DNA from: Myxococcota bacterium
GTDB taxonomy: Bacteria > Myxococcota_A > Polyangia > Polyangiales > Houyiibacteriaceae
Assembly: GCA_039030515.1 (NCBI GenBank)
Contig: JBCCEA010000045.1
Coordinates: forward strand, 1-29,459
Direction: 5' to 3'
Length of the DNA stretch: 29,459 nucleotides
Positions 9,560-18,786 of the stretch are shown piece after piece. Within the stretch, counting starts at the first letter, position 1, and each line of letters opens with the position of its first letter. The position numbers and the translations under genes are program-made. The notes below the pieces were generated by a model, which saw nothing but the letters and a program-made list of their open reading frames with translations, had not been told where the DNA came from and ran no database searches.

Positions 9560-10309
9560 ATGTTAGAAATTAAAAACTTACACGTCTCGGTAGGCGGAAA
9601 AGCGATATTAAAGGGTGTCTCGCTGTCTATCGGACTTGGTGAAGTGCATGCGATCATGGGTCCGAACGGTTCTGGCAAAAGTACACTCTCCTACGTGCTT
9701 GCCGGCAAAGAAGGTTACGAGGTGACCGGCGGCAGTGTGCGTTTTTGTGACGAAGATCTACTTGAAAAGAGTGCCGAATCGCGAGCCGCAAGCGGCGTGT
9801 TTCTCTCGTTCCAATATCCAGTAGCGATACCCGGCGTCAGCAATATCTACTTTCTCAAGGCGGCTTTGAATGCCCAAAGAGTGGCTCGAGGGGAGTCAGA
9901 ACTCGACGCTGTGGGATTCATGAAGCTTGCCCGAGAGAAAGCGAAACTGGTGGAGATGAGCGATACGCTGATGAAGCGTGCGGTGAATGACGGTTTTTCG
10001 GGTGGTGAAAAAAAACGCAACGAGATTTTTCAGATGGCCCTGCTCGAACCGAAGCTTGCCATCCTGGATGAGACCGATTCTGGACTCGATATCGATGCCC
10101 TCAAGACCGTGAGCCAGGGAGTCAACGCTCTTCGAAATGATGAACGTTCCATTTTACTCATCACTCACTATCAAAGACTGCTCGATCACGTGGTGCCAGA
10201 CTTTGTTCATGTTCTGCACGACGGTCGGATCATCAAATCAGGTGATAAGAGCTTAGCGCAGCAGCTTGAGCGTGACGGATATGCACAGCTTACAGCGGCG
10301 GCGGGCTGA
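9560..10309 (+). CDS. sufC: Fe-S cluster assembly ATPase SufC
   Basis: Walker A GPNGSGKST, signature FSGGEKKR, Walker B ILDETDSGLD. Confidence 0.98.
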   Translation: MLEIKNLHVSVGGKAILKGVSLSIGLGEVHAIMGPNGSGKSTLSYVLAGKEGYEVTGGSVRFCDEDLLEKSAESRAASGVFLSFQYPVAIPGVSNIYFLKAALNAQRVARGESELDAVGFMKLAREKAKLVEMSDTLMKRAVNDGFSGGEKKRNEIFQMALLEPKLAILDETDSGLDIDALKTVSQGVNALRNDERSILLITHYQRLLDHVVPDFVHVLHDGRIIKSGDKSLAQQLERDGYAQLTAAAG

Positions 10310-10319
10310 GGAAATTTTC

Positions 10320-11753
10320 ATGAATCATGTCGAAGATCGCCGAGGTGCGAACAAGCTTGATGGGCTCGATCGCGCTGCTGGTTCCCTCAATGGCCAGCCG
10401 AAGCACCTGACCGTTTGGGCTGAATCTCCCGCGGTAGAGTCTCGAGAACCAGGCTGGCTCAAGGAAGTTCGCGAGCAGGCGGGAGCCGCGCTCAAGGTTC
10501 ACGGACTGCCGACCCGCAAAAGCGAACGTTGGAGGCTCACCCCGCTCAAGGATCTCTTTGCGGAGCCGATTCAAGAGGCCCAAGTTGCAAGCGAAGTAGC
10601 CGTGGCGTCCTCCGTTCCCTCGGAACAGTCGTCGTGGCTGCATACGGTGGACGGCATTCCTACCACAGCGAGCGTACTCCTGCCCGGGGTGCGTGTCTTG
10701 AAGCTTTCGGAAGCCCTGCAAGAAGATAGGTTGCCGCCATCGAGTTCTTTCGGTTTCGGTACGGGAGATGTTCTCTCCAGTTGCTTTTCACACGCAGCGC
10801 GCAGAGAACACTTTGCTGCACTCAACTCGGCCCGGTTTGTAGACGCCTGGGTGGTCCTTGTGGAAGAGCGCGCTGTGCTCGAAAAGCCGCTTTTCGTGCA
10901 GCATCAGATCGTTTCTTCGCGGCCCACGCTGGCGTACCCTAGACTCCTCGTTGTCGCCGGCGCGAGCTCCCAATTCTCACTCGTCGAGACTTTGGTGCAG
11001 GAAACCTCTGATGCGAGCGGGCTAGACTCGATCGCCAATTCAGTTTCTGAGGTATTCCTCGGTCCTGGTGCGCACATGACGCATATTTCGATCAAAGCGC
11101 CGGCATCGCAGACCGATGCTTCGAACGACGACCGCGTTCGTGTGCTGAGCCATATCTCGGTTCGACAGGAGCGTGACTCCAAATATCAAAACACAGCACT
11201 GGCGCTTGGAGGCCGGCTGAATCGATTGGATTTGGACGTGGTGCTTGCAGGCAAAGGGGCAGAGTGTGTTCTCAAAGGCACGATGCATGCTGCGGATGGA
11301 GACCATGTCGCTTGCTACTGCGAGGTGGATCACGCCGCATCGGACTGCACGAGCAGAGAAGAATACCGGAGTGTGGTTGACGGCAATGGGCATGTAGTTT
11401 TCAACGGAACGGCTCGCGTGCATCGCGATGCTCAACGAACAGAGGCGCACCAAGACAATCGTAATTTGCTCCGCTCAGATCGAGCGGTTGTCCATACCAA
11501 ACCACACCTCGAGATCGATGCTGACGATGTTCGCTGCAGTCACGGTGCTACTGTCGGCTCAATGGACGACGAGCAGCTTTTTTATCTGCGCTCTCGAGGT
11601 CTGCCGGACGATCAAGCGCGAGCTCTGTTGACTCAGGCCTTTGTACACGAACAGGTTGAACATATTCCATTCGAGGATGTTCGGCTTTGGGTTGCTGATC
11701 GCATGCAGAAATCCATGGGATTGATGACGATGACCTTTGAGGAGACATCATGA
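10320..11753 (+). CDS. sufD: Fe-S cluster assembly protein SufD
   Basis: LPTRKSERWR near the N-terminus and KPHLEIDADDVRCSHGATVG...LFYLRSRG near the C-terminus. Start placed at ATG 10320 after GAGGA. Confidence 0.96.
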   Translation: MNHVEDRRGANKLDGLDRAAGSLNGQPKHLTVWAESPAVESREPGWLKEVREQAGAALKVHGLPTRKSERWRLTPLKDLFAEPIQEAQVASEVAVASSVPSEQSSWLHTVDGIPTTASVLLPGVRVLKLSEALQEDRLPPSSSFGFGTGDVLSSCFSHAARREHFAALNSARFVDAWVVLVEERAVLEKPLFVQHQIVSSRPTLAYPRLLVVAGASSQFSLVETLVQETSDASGLDSIANSVSEVFLGPGAHMTHISIKAPASQTDASNDDRVRVLSHISVRQERDSKYQNTALALGGRLNRLDLDVVLAGKGAECVLKGTMHAADGDHVACYCEVDHAASDCTSREEYRSVVDGNGHVVFNGTARVHRDAQRTEAHQDNRNLLRSDRAVVHTKPHLEIDADDVRCSHGATVGSMDDEQLFYLRSRGLPDDQARALLTQAFVHEQVEHIPFEDVRLWVADRMQKSMGLMTMTFEETS

Positions 11754-13027
11754 AGTCCACTTCTGGTGCAGACTTGAACGCTCGCAATGCCGAATCTTTA
11801 GAGGCCGCACCTCTAAATGTGGCGCGTCTGCGAGAGGAGTTTCCGGCCCTCCACCAGCGAGTCAACGACAAACCGCTAGTCTATCTCGACAGTGCAGCGA
11901 CTGCGCTCAAGCCAAAGTCGGTGGTCGATACGGTAGTAGACGTATACCAGAGGGACTGCGCGAACGTGCATCGTGCGGTGCACGCTTTGTCTCAACGCGC
12001 AACCGAGTCCTACGAGAGTGCCCGTGATGAAGTGCGCGACTTCATCGGAGCTCAGCACCGCGAAGAGATCATCTTCGTACGTGGCACTACCGATGCAATG
12101 AATCTACTTGCGTCGAGCCTCGGGGCAGAGCTGCAGCCGGGTGACGAGGTTGTGGTCACCGAGCTTGAGCACCACAGCAACTTCGTTCCTTGGCAGATGA
12201 TGTGTGAACGAAAAGGCGCAAAATTCGTTGTCGTACCGGTGGAGGATGACGGTCAGGTGGACCTGCAGGAATTCCAGCGTCACCTCTCCGAACGAACGCG
12301 CATCGTCTCGATCGCGCACATCTCCAACGCGCTCGGCACCATTTTGCCAGTTCGCGATATGGCGCGCCTCGCGCACCGATGGGGCGCACGTGTTGTCATC
12401 GATGGCGCTCAGGGTATCGTTCACTCGAAGGTCGACGTGGCAGCTTTGGAATGTGATTTTTACGCATTCAGCGGACACAAAGTGTACGGCCCAAGCGGCA
12501 TAGGAGTGCTTTACGGCCGGCGTGATATTTTGGAGTCGATGGTTCCTTACCAAGGCGGTGGGGACATGATCGACCTCGTGCGGATCGAGGGAACGACCTT
12601 CAATGAGCTCCCGTACAAGTTTGAGGCGGGCACTCCCAGTATCGCGGCAGCGATCGGACTCGGTGAAGCCCTTCGATGGCTCAGACAGTTCGACTGGAAT
12701 GCATTGCAGGCGCACGAAGCATCGCTTTTGGAGTACGGCACAAAGCTGCTCTCCGAGATTCCAGGACTGCGGCTTATCGGGACTGCTCCTAGAAAAACTG
12801 GAGTCTTGTCCTTTGTGATGGAGGACGCTCACCCTCAAGACATCGGTACGGTGCTCGACAAGCAAGGCATAGCCATTCGCACCGGACACCACTGCGCGCA
12901 GCCGCTCATGGAACGTTTCAAGGTTCCCGCTACAGCCAGGGCCTCTCTTGGAATCTACAACACCAAAGCAGATATAGACGCGCTTGCTCAAGGCTTACAC
13001 GTGGTTCACGAGCTCTTCGCTCCGTGA
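11750..13027 (+). CDS. sufS: Cysteine desulfurase SufS (group II)
   Basis: VYLDSAAT, PLP-lysine motif FSGHK and catalytic RTGHHCAQP. ATGA overlap with sufD. Confidence 0.97.
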   Translation: MKSTSGADLNARNAESLEAAPLNVARLREEFPALHQRVNDKPLVYLDSAATALKPKSVVDTVVDVYQRDCANVHRAVHALSQRATESYESARDEVRDFIGAQHREEIIFVRGTTDAMNLLASSLGAELQPGDEVVVTELEHHSNFVPWQMMCERKGAKFVVVPVEDDGQVDLQEFQRHLSERTRIVSIAHISNALGTILPVRDMARLAHRWGARVVIDGAQGIVHSKVDVAALECDFYAFSGHKVYGPSGIGVLYGRRDILESMVPYQGGGDMIDLVRIEGTTFNELPYKFEAGTPSIAAAIGLGEALRWLRQFDWNALQAHEASLLEYGTKLLSEIPGLRLIGTAPRKTGVLSFVMEDAHPQDIGTVLDKQGIAIRTGHHCAQPLMERFKVPATARASLGIYNTKADIDALAQGLHVVHELFAP

Positions 13028-13066
13028 CAAAACCCAGCGCGATTTGCTCTTACGAAAATTAGCTAG

Positions 13067-13537
13067 ATGACTGACGAACTAGACGACTTGAAGACCCATC
13101 GCATCGCTCCACGGTCGCGAGAGGGCCGGGTGTATCTTCCCCAGCTGGGAGCGCCGCCCGTAGAGGACGTCGGAGAAGCGCTCGGAGGTGTCGGAGGTCC
13201 GGCGCGGGATCAACCGTTGCGCTCCGACGAGCGAGAAGCCCTGCGTGGACAGATCGTGGCCGCACTGAAGGAAATCTACGATCCCGAGATACCCGTGAAT
13301 CTATACGATCTCGGATTGATCTATGGATTTGAAATTTCCGAACATGGAGATGTCGACCTAGCGATGACCCTAACCGCGCCAGCGTGCCCGGTTGCAGGGC
13401 AGATGGTGCGGGATGTCGCGCACAAGGTAGGAGACGTGGAAGGCGTTCGTCGCAGCCGCGTACGGCTGGTTTGGGACCCGCCGTGGACTCGCGATCGCAT
13501 GACCGAAGAAGCCTTGCTCGAACTTGGTCTGCTGTAG
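13067..13537 (+). CDS. sufT: SUF-associated DUF59 protein SufT
   Basis: DPEIPVNLYDLGLIY, MTLTAPACP and LVWDPPW motifs after an N-terminal extension of about 55 aa. Confidence 0.9.
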   Translation: MTDELDDLKTHRIAPRSREGRVYLPQLGAPPVEDVGEALGGVGGPARDQPLRSDEREALRGQIVAALKEIYDPEIPVNLYDLGLIYGFEISEHGDVDLAMTLTAPACPVAGQMVRDVAHKVGDVEGVRRSRVRLVWDPPWTRDRMTEEALLELGLL

Positions 13538-13612
13538 CGCCAACGAGATTCTGTAGCTCCAAGCTGATTCCCAGGTTGAGCTTCGTCTGGTTTATCAGCT
13601 ATCAACTGCTCG

Positions 13613-15061
13613 ATGCGCTTGCTACATCCTGAGCGTGACGAGCAGCTGGAGCTTGCTCTCGAAGATGTCTTTATCGTTCCTGGGTACTTTGACGGTCAGA
13701 GCCGACTCGAGGTAAGCCTGGTCCCCGACGACTTCGGTGGAGGTTGCCATCCTGTCGTTTCCGCCAACATGAACGCGGTGACCGGCAAGCGTATGGCTGA
13801 AACGATGGCCAGGCTGGGCGGGCTGGGGGTGCTGCCGCAAGATATGTCGGTCGAAACCGTCTACAAAATAGTATCCCACATCCAGGCGGCCCATAGTCGA
13901 TTCGATACCCCTCTCACGGTGCACCCCAATGCTCCTTTGCGAGAGGTTGCCGGTATCCTGCACAAGAGAAATCACGACTTGGTCGTCGTCGTCGAGGACG
14001 AGAAACCGCTTGGAACCATCACTGCAAGCGATCTTCGAAATCGCGATCAGTATACGTCCGCGCATCGTCTCATGTCCGTCAATCCAGAGACGCTGCTCGA
14101 GGATTGCACGTACCGAGAAGCGTTCGATCAGATGGAGCTGCACCACGTGAACGCCGCGCCCGTAGTGAATCGGCATGGTCAGCTGGTCGGGGTCCTCACG
14201 AAGAGCGATGCGGTTCGAATGGACCTGATCCGCCCCACTCTCAATGCTTCGGGGCGATTGATGGTAGCGGCCGCGCTCGGTATTTCCTCCAAAGCTGCGG
14301 CCACCGCTGCGGCGCTTGTCGAAGCTGGGGTTGGCGCGCTGGTGATCGATACGGCTCACGGTCATCAACGCCGTATGCTCGAGGCTATTCGAAGTGTTCG
14401 TCAGGAAGTCGGGAACAGCGTTGCCGTGATCGCCGGTAACGTATGCACTGCGGAAGGGACTCGAGCCTTGATCGAAGCTGGAGCAGACGTGGTCAAGGTC
14501 AACGTAGGCCCCGGAGCGATGTGCACGACGCGTATGCAGACCGCTGTCGGTCGTCCGAGTTTTTCCTCTGTTCGGGCCTGTGCACGTGAAGCCCACTTGT
14601 GCGGAGCCCACGTCTGGGCCGACGGCGGCGTTCGTCATCCGCGCGATGTGGTCCTATATCTCGCTGCAGGAGCCTCTCGCGTGATGGTCGGCACCATGCT
14701 CGCGGGAACTTTTGAAAGCCCCCAAGACATGCGCGAAGACGCTTCCGGCCGGTGGTACAAAGAAAATTACGGCATGGCCAGTGCACGTGCTGTGGAAGAA
14801 CGTAACGAACGAGAAGATGCTTTTGATCGAGCAAAAAAGGGAGTGTTCCGTGAAGGAATCTCGAACTCACGGATCTACCTGCGCGAAGGTTTTGAAAGTG
14901 TCGGTGATATCCTCATCGATATGATTTCCGGAATAAGAAGTGCATTTACCTATGTGGGTGCAGCGGATCTTGCCGAGTTTCGACAAAAAGTTCTCGTCGG
15001 TGTTCAGACTTCAGGGGGATACGGCGAGGGAACCCCACATGGTCGTGTTCGAGGTCTTTGA
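13613..15061 (+). CDS. guaB1: GuaB1-family IMPDH/GMPR protein with CBS pair, probable GMP reductase
   Basis: SANMNAVTGKRMAET, a CBS insertion, IDTAHGHQ, active-site loop VGPGAMCTTR, WADGGVRHPRD and FREGIS. These motifs are typical of the GuaB1 subfamily. Confidence 0.9.
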   Translation: MRLLHPERDEQLELALEDVFIVPGYFDGQSRLEVSLVPDDFGGGCHPVVSANMNAVTGKRMAETMARLGGLGVLPQDMSVETVYKIVSHIQAAHSRFDTPLTVHPNAPLREVAGILHKRNHDLVVVVEDEKPLGTITASDLRNRDQYTSAHRLMSVNPETLLEDCTYREAFDQMELHHVNAAPVVNRHGQLVGVLTKSDAVRMDLIRPTLNASGRLMVAAALGISSKAAATAAALVEAGVGALVIDTAHGHQRRMLEAIRSVRQEVGNSVAVIAGNVCTAEGTRALIEAGADVVKVNVGPGAMCTTRMQTAVGRPSFSSVRACAREAHLCGAHVWADGGVRHPRDVVLYLAAGASRVMVGTMLAGTFESPQDMREDASGRWYKENYGMASARAVEERNEREDAFDRAKKGVFREGISNSRIYLREGFESVGDILIDMISGIRSAFTYVGAADLAEFRQKVLVGVQTSGGYGEGTPHGRVRGL

Positions 15062-16053
15062 TGAGCTATCTTTGGAACCTTTTGGATCGCGTTTTAGACG
15101 CCTCTTTGCTCGGATATACCAAGGTCGGTTTCAAGGCCCGGCGCAAACACTTCGGTGCTTTACCGAGAATGGATGGCAAGAGAATAGTCGTGACCGGTGC
15201 AACTTCCGGCATCGGCAAGGCAACGGTTCAAGGACTTGCCGAACTCGGAGCGGAGGTGATCCTCGTCGCCAGAAATCGTGAAAAGGCAGAGCGAGTGTGT
15301 GCTCAGATTCAAGCGGTTCAGGCCGCCGAGGCGGGATCTTCCGTGCACCATCGCGTGGAGCTTGCCGACATGAGTCGGATTGCTGAGGTTCGAGCTTTGG
15401 CGCAGCGACTGCTCGCGCTCTCTGTTCCGATTCATGGGTTGGTCAACAATGCTGGCGTGCTGCTCGATCGGCGGGAAGAGACCGATGAGGGCCATGAGAT
15501 TGCGTACGCGACCAACTTGCTCAGTCACTTCCTCTTGACTGAGCGCCTGATACCGGAACTGGAGCGTTCGGGCTCTGGGGTGGTCGTTCACGTCTCCTCG
15601 GGCGGGATGTATGCGGAGCGTATCGATCCTGACGATTTGCAGAGTCGATTTCGGTCCTATGAAGGCGCTCGAGTGTACGCGCGAACCAAGCGAGCTCAGG
15701 TGATCCTTGCCGAAATGTGGGCTGAATCCTGGAAACACCGAGGTGTATCCGTGCACAGCATGCACCCAGGGTGGGCGGACACTCAGGGCGTGCGTCGCTC
15801 GCTACCTACCTTCCACAAGATCACACGCCCTCTGTTGCGGACCGCAGAGGAGGGTGCAGACACGGTGCTCTTTTTGTTGGCGACGTCAGAGCCCGCTCGG
15901 AGCACCGGGCAGTTCTGGCACGACCGCGCCCCTCGCCCTGCCCATCGCTTTCGCTGGACCCGAGAAACAAAGCATGAGCGCACAGCGTTGATTCGCAACC
16001 TCAAGCGAGATGCAGGACTCGCGACTTCAAGCCTCGACTGGCTGGTGGACTAG
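15061..16053 (+). CDS. Short-chain dehydrogenase/reductase (DHRS12-like)
   Basis: TGATSGIG, NNAG, VSSGGMY, catalytic YARTK and MHPGWADT. The ATG overlaps the guaB1 stop (TGATG). Confidence 0.93.
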   Translation: MSYLWNLLDRVLDASLLGYTKVGFKARRKHFGALPRMDGKRIVVTGATSGIGKATVQGLAELGAEVILVARNREKAERVCAQIQAVQAAEAGSSVHHRVELADMSRIAEVRALAQRLLALSVPIHGLVNNAGVLLDRREETDEGHEIAYATNLLSHFLLTERLIPELERSGSGVVVHVSSGGMYAERIDPDDLQSRFRSYEGARVYARTKRAQVILAEMWAESWKHRGVSVHSMHPGWADTQGVRRSLPTFHKITRPLLRTAEEGADTVLFLLATSEPARSTGQFWHDRAPRPAHRFRWTRETKHERTALIRNLKRDAGLATSSLDWLVD

Positions 16054-16055
16054 TC

Positions 16056-16475
16056 CTAACTCGGCAGCCCGTCGCCAACGGCGTATCGCTCCGCAAGTGA
16101 ACGTATCTCTCTAATATTAAACGGCTTTTCAAGCGCAGCCTCTACGCCAAATCGATCGGCCACTTCGTTGATGCGTACGCTCGCGGTAAGTAGCACTACT
16201 GGCGGGCGTGGGTCCCCGAGCATTCTTAGAAATTCTTCGCCATCGAGGGTCGGCATCATCAGGTCGACGAAGAGCAGATTGGGTCGATTGAGCTCATAGG
16301 CTCGCAGTCCCTCCATGCCGTTCGATGCAGTGACGACCGGATGCCCATCGTGTTCCAGAGCCCGGCGCAACATGCTGCATAAGTCTGGGTCGTCATCGAT
16401 GACCAAGATGGGTCGCTGTCTCTTAGTCGAAGCGTGTATCTTAGCGTCGTGTGTTTGAGCCACGGATACACTCAT
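16056..16475 (-). CDS. Single-domain response regulator (receiver only)
   Basis: ILVIDDD, phosphoacceptor in FVDLMMPTLDG, LLTAS and EKPF. No output domain. Confidence 0.93.
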   Translation of the reverse strand: MSVSVAQTHDAKIHASTKRQRPILVIDDDPDLCSMLRRALEHDGHPVVTASNGMEGLRAYELNRPNLLFVDLMMPTLDGEEFLRMLGDPRPPVVLLTASVRINEVADRFGVEAALEKPFNIREIRSLAERYAVGDGLPS

Positions 16476-16608
16476 CACATCACATCATGAGATTCTGCGA
16501 TAGTGATTTAAAATGGTGTAGCTAATGCACAGTGCAGTTAATTCACGGTGCAGTTGATACACAACACGACAGTCGACTTCACTTGCCTACCTTGGAACAT
16601 CGTGGATT

Positions 16609-17754
16609 TCAGGAGTTGGCACCGAGCTTCACCAGTTGAAGCTTTCCTTCGCGATAGATGACGCCGACTTCTCCCTCCCGGATTTCTTGTAGGCTGTTAC
16701 CCAATAGCTCTCTTCTCCAACCACGATCCAGGCGGCTCGGACGATTCCCAAGGAAGGTTTTGACGTCGTCGCGGGTACCGAGTATCCGCTTATCCAGTTC
16801 CAACGCATCGCCAACTTGCCCGGTCCAAGCCAAGCACAGAGCGACCAGCTGTTCGTCTCGCCGTTCATCGCGAGGTTGCTCGGGAGGGAGTCGAAGTTCT
16901 TCAGGCTCCATGCGTAGACCTCGCTGCACTGCCGCCAAAATATGTTCGGCATCGCCGTGCATTCGTCGGTCCATGCCTCGGACCCGATCCAGCTGGCCAC
17001 GATTCAAGGGAGGGCGCTGCACGATGCTTTGCAGAGGCAAGTCGGGCAGGACCGACCGAATGGGTCGGTTTCGTTCCTGCGCTGTGGTTTCGCGCCAGGA
17101 AAATACGGCTTGGGCGACCCCATAGTTTTTGCGGGGAACCTTGCCCTTGCCCCGGATCTTCCACCAGGCTGTCTCTGGGTCGGTAGGGCCATAGGACTTA
17201 CAGCGGAGAACCTCATTTTCTTCCAGAGCCCACTGTTCACGATGCTTGCGCCTGAGTGCCGCAACGATCTTCTCCTGAAGCTCGAGAAGATGAACCACGT
17301 CCGCAGTGGCGTAATTTTGCTCCCGGGTGCTCAGGGGGCGACGACTCCAGTTGGCAAGTTGATCGCCTTTATCGAGCTGAATGCCTAGAAAGTCTTTAAC
17401 CAACAGACTCAAGCCCGGCTGACTGTATCCGAGAAATGAGGCGCAGAGCTGCGGGTCGAAGAGCTTGGTGGGAACGCAGCCACATGCCCGCGTAAGAACC
17501 ACCAGATCCTGGCTTGCTGCATGAATCACCGCTAGCGCCTCGCTTTGCAGCACTTTTCGAAGTGGGCGGCAGTCCACGGCAAGCGGGTCGATCAGCGCCA
17601 CCTGCTGGCGCCACGCAATCTGAATCAGCGCGAGCTTTGGGAAGTAACTCCGTTCGGTTTCGAACTCTGTATCAAGTCCGAACCTCGATTCGGCAGCGAC
17701 GTCCTCGACGATGTCCTCAAACTCGCGTTGCTGGGTGACGAAGTGGTGTGGCAT
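16609..17754 (-). CDS. rnd: Ribonuclease D (DEDDy exonuclease plus HRDC)
   Basis: ExoI LDTEFE, ExoII IHAASQD, ExoIII YATADV and HRDC-like WRETTAQERNRP...VLPD. Start is either ATG 17754 or GTG 17802. Confidence 0.93.
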   Translation of the reverse strand: MPHHFVTQQREFEDIVEDVAAESRFGLDTEFETERSYFPKLALIQIAWRQQVALIDPLAVDCRPLRKVLQSEALAVIHAASQDLVVLTRACGCVPTKLFDPQLCASFLGYSQPGLSLLVKDFLGIQLDKGDQLANWSRRPLSTREQNYATADVVHLLELQEKIVAALRRKHREQWALEENEVLRCKSYGPTDPETAWWKIRGKGKVPRKNYGVAQAVFSWRETTAQERNRPIRSVLPDLPLQSIVQRPPLNRGQLDRVRGMDRRMHGDAEHILAAVQRGLRMEPEELRLPPEQPRDERRDEQLVALCLAWTGQVGDALELDKRILGTRDDVKTFLGNRPSRLDRGWRRELLGNSLQEIREGEVGVIYREGKLQLVKLGANS

Positions 17755-18050
17755 GGCAATTTTAGGACGCAGTGTTCGGAATGACCCGGTCTGAGGTCCC
17801 ACGTTCTCATGGCGTCGGCATCCAGACTAGCAGACCCCTCGAGACGCGCTTCTGAGCGAGGCGTGTGGCCTCTGGTGCACGGAGGATTCGACGCTAAGGT
17901 TGACCGATGCACCCTATCGCATCGGTTTGGAAATCTGAAGTTCAGCGGCTTCCCCGAATATCGATCAATTCAGCCGGCCCAAATGTGCATTGGCCGGTGG
18001 CCGTCTTTGGCAAAGGAGTAGGCGGATGCCAAAGAGCTCTGGTGACCCAA

Positions 18051-18740
18051 ATGCACCGAGTTCTCTTGTCGATAATGGTTGGGTTGTTCTCGATCTCATG
18101 CGGCAGTAGCCGGGTGACTCCCGCGTCGATTTCAGTAGGAAGGTTGACCTTCGAGCCCAGCTCCTCGCTTCGGCGCGTCCCGGTTGACTGCCTCCCTAGG
18201 GAGTACTGTTCTGCTCTGGATGATGATTGCGATGGCCGCGTCGATGAAGGTTGCTCCGGGGTGGATACGGTTGCGGGGTCGCTACCGGAGGCAGATCTCG
18301 ACTCGATCGTTCATGTAGCGTGGAATTCAAGTGCATCGTTCGGACTTGTTTTTCGCAAGGACGGCAGCTCAGAGAATCTGCCCCCTTTCGATTGCCGCGC
18401 CGACCCGCATGTGCTCCGTCTTCCGAGGCCCGAGGTGCCCGGCATCTACGAGTTGGTGCTTTACGCGAACCCGGCCTGCGGTTCGGATGAGCTCACGACG
18501 GTTTCCGTGGTCGTGGAAACTGATGACGGAGTACTGGGTCCGTTTACGACAGGTCCATTCACGACAGCCCTGTCGCAGGCAGAGTCTCTCACGACCGAAT
18601 CACTTGCTGCGGACGCTCCTGCTGAAGAAGCTTCGGCAGCGGTCGGATCGGAGGTTGCTGCGCTGAACGGATCAGAGACACCGAATGGGTCTGAGGTACG
18701 CGTGCTCGGCCGGATAATCGCGTATGGACCACGCTTTTGA
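18051..18740 (+). CDS. Putative lipoprotein with a single Cys/Asp motif (MopE-like putative metal-binding repeat)
   Basis: From ATG 18051 the protein reads MHRVLLSIMVGLFSISCG (lipobox-like). EYCSALDDDCDGRVDEGC matches the E-x-C-x3-D-x-DCDG-x-VDEG repeat common in myxobacterial proteins. Confidence 0.75.
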   Translation: MHRVLLSIMVGLFSISCGSSRVTPASISVGRLTFEPSSSLRRVPVDCLPREYCSALDDDCDGRVDEGCSGVDTVAGSLPEADLDSIVHVAWNSSASFGLVFRKDGSSENLPPFDCRADPHVLRLPRPEVPGIYELVLYANPACGSDELTTVSVVVETDDGVLGPFTTGPFTTALSQAESLTTESLAADAPAEEASAAVGSEVAALNGSETPNGSEVRVLGRIIAYGPRF

Positions 18741-18751
18741 AGATCTACCCA

Positions 18752-18786
18752 GTTTAGGGGTGTGCTGCTTCGTTTAGGGGTGTGCT
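18752..18786. repeat. 15-bp direct duplication spanning the stop of the Hpt-NUDIX gene
   Basis: GTTTAGGGGTGTGCT at 18752-18766 and 18772-18786. Confidence 0.85.

Noticed and set aside
12104..14638. Long antisense ORFs 12104-12991 and 13622-14638 (and similar ones such as 3605-4255 and 25123-25857)
   Set aside because: They are shadow frames opposite well-supported genes in GC-rich DNA and have no recognisable motifs.
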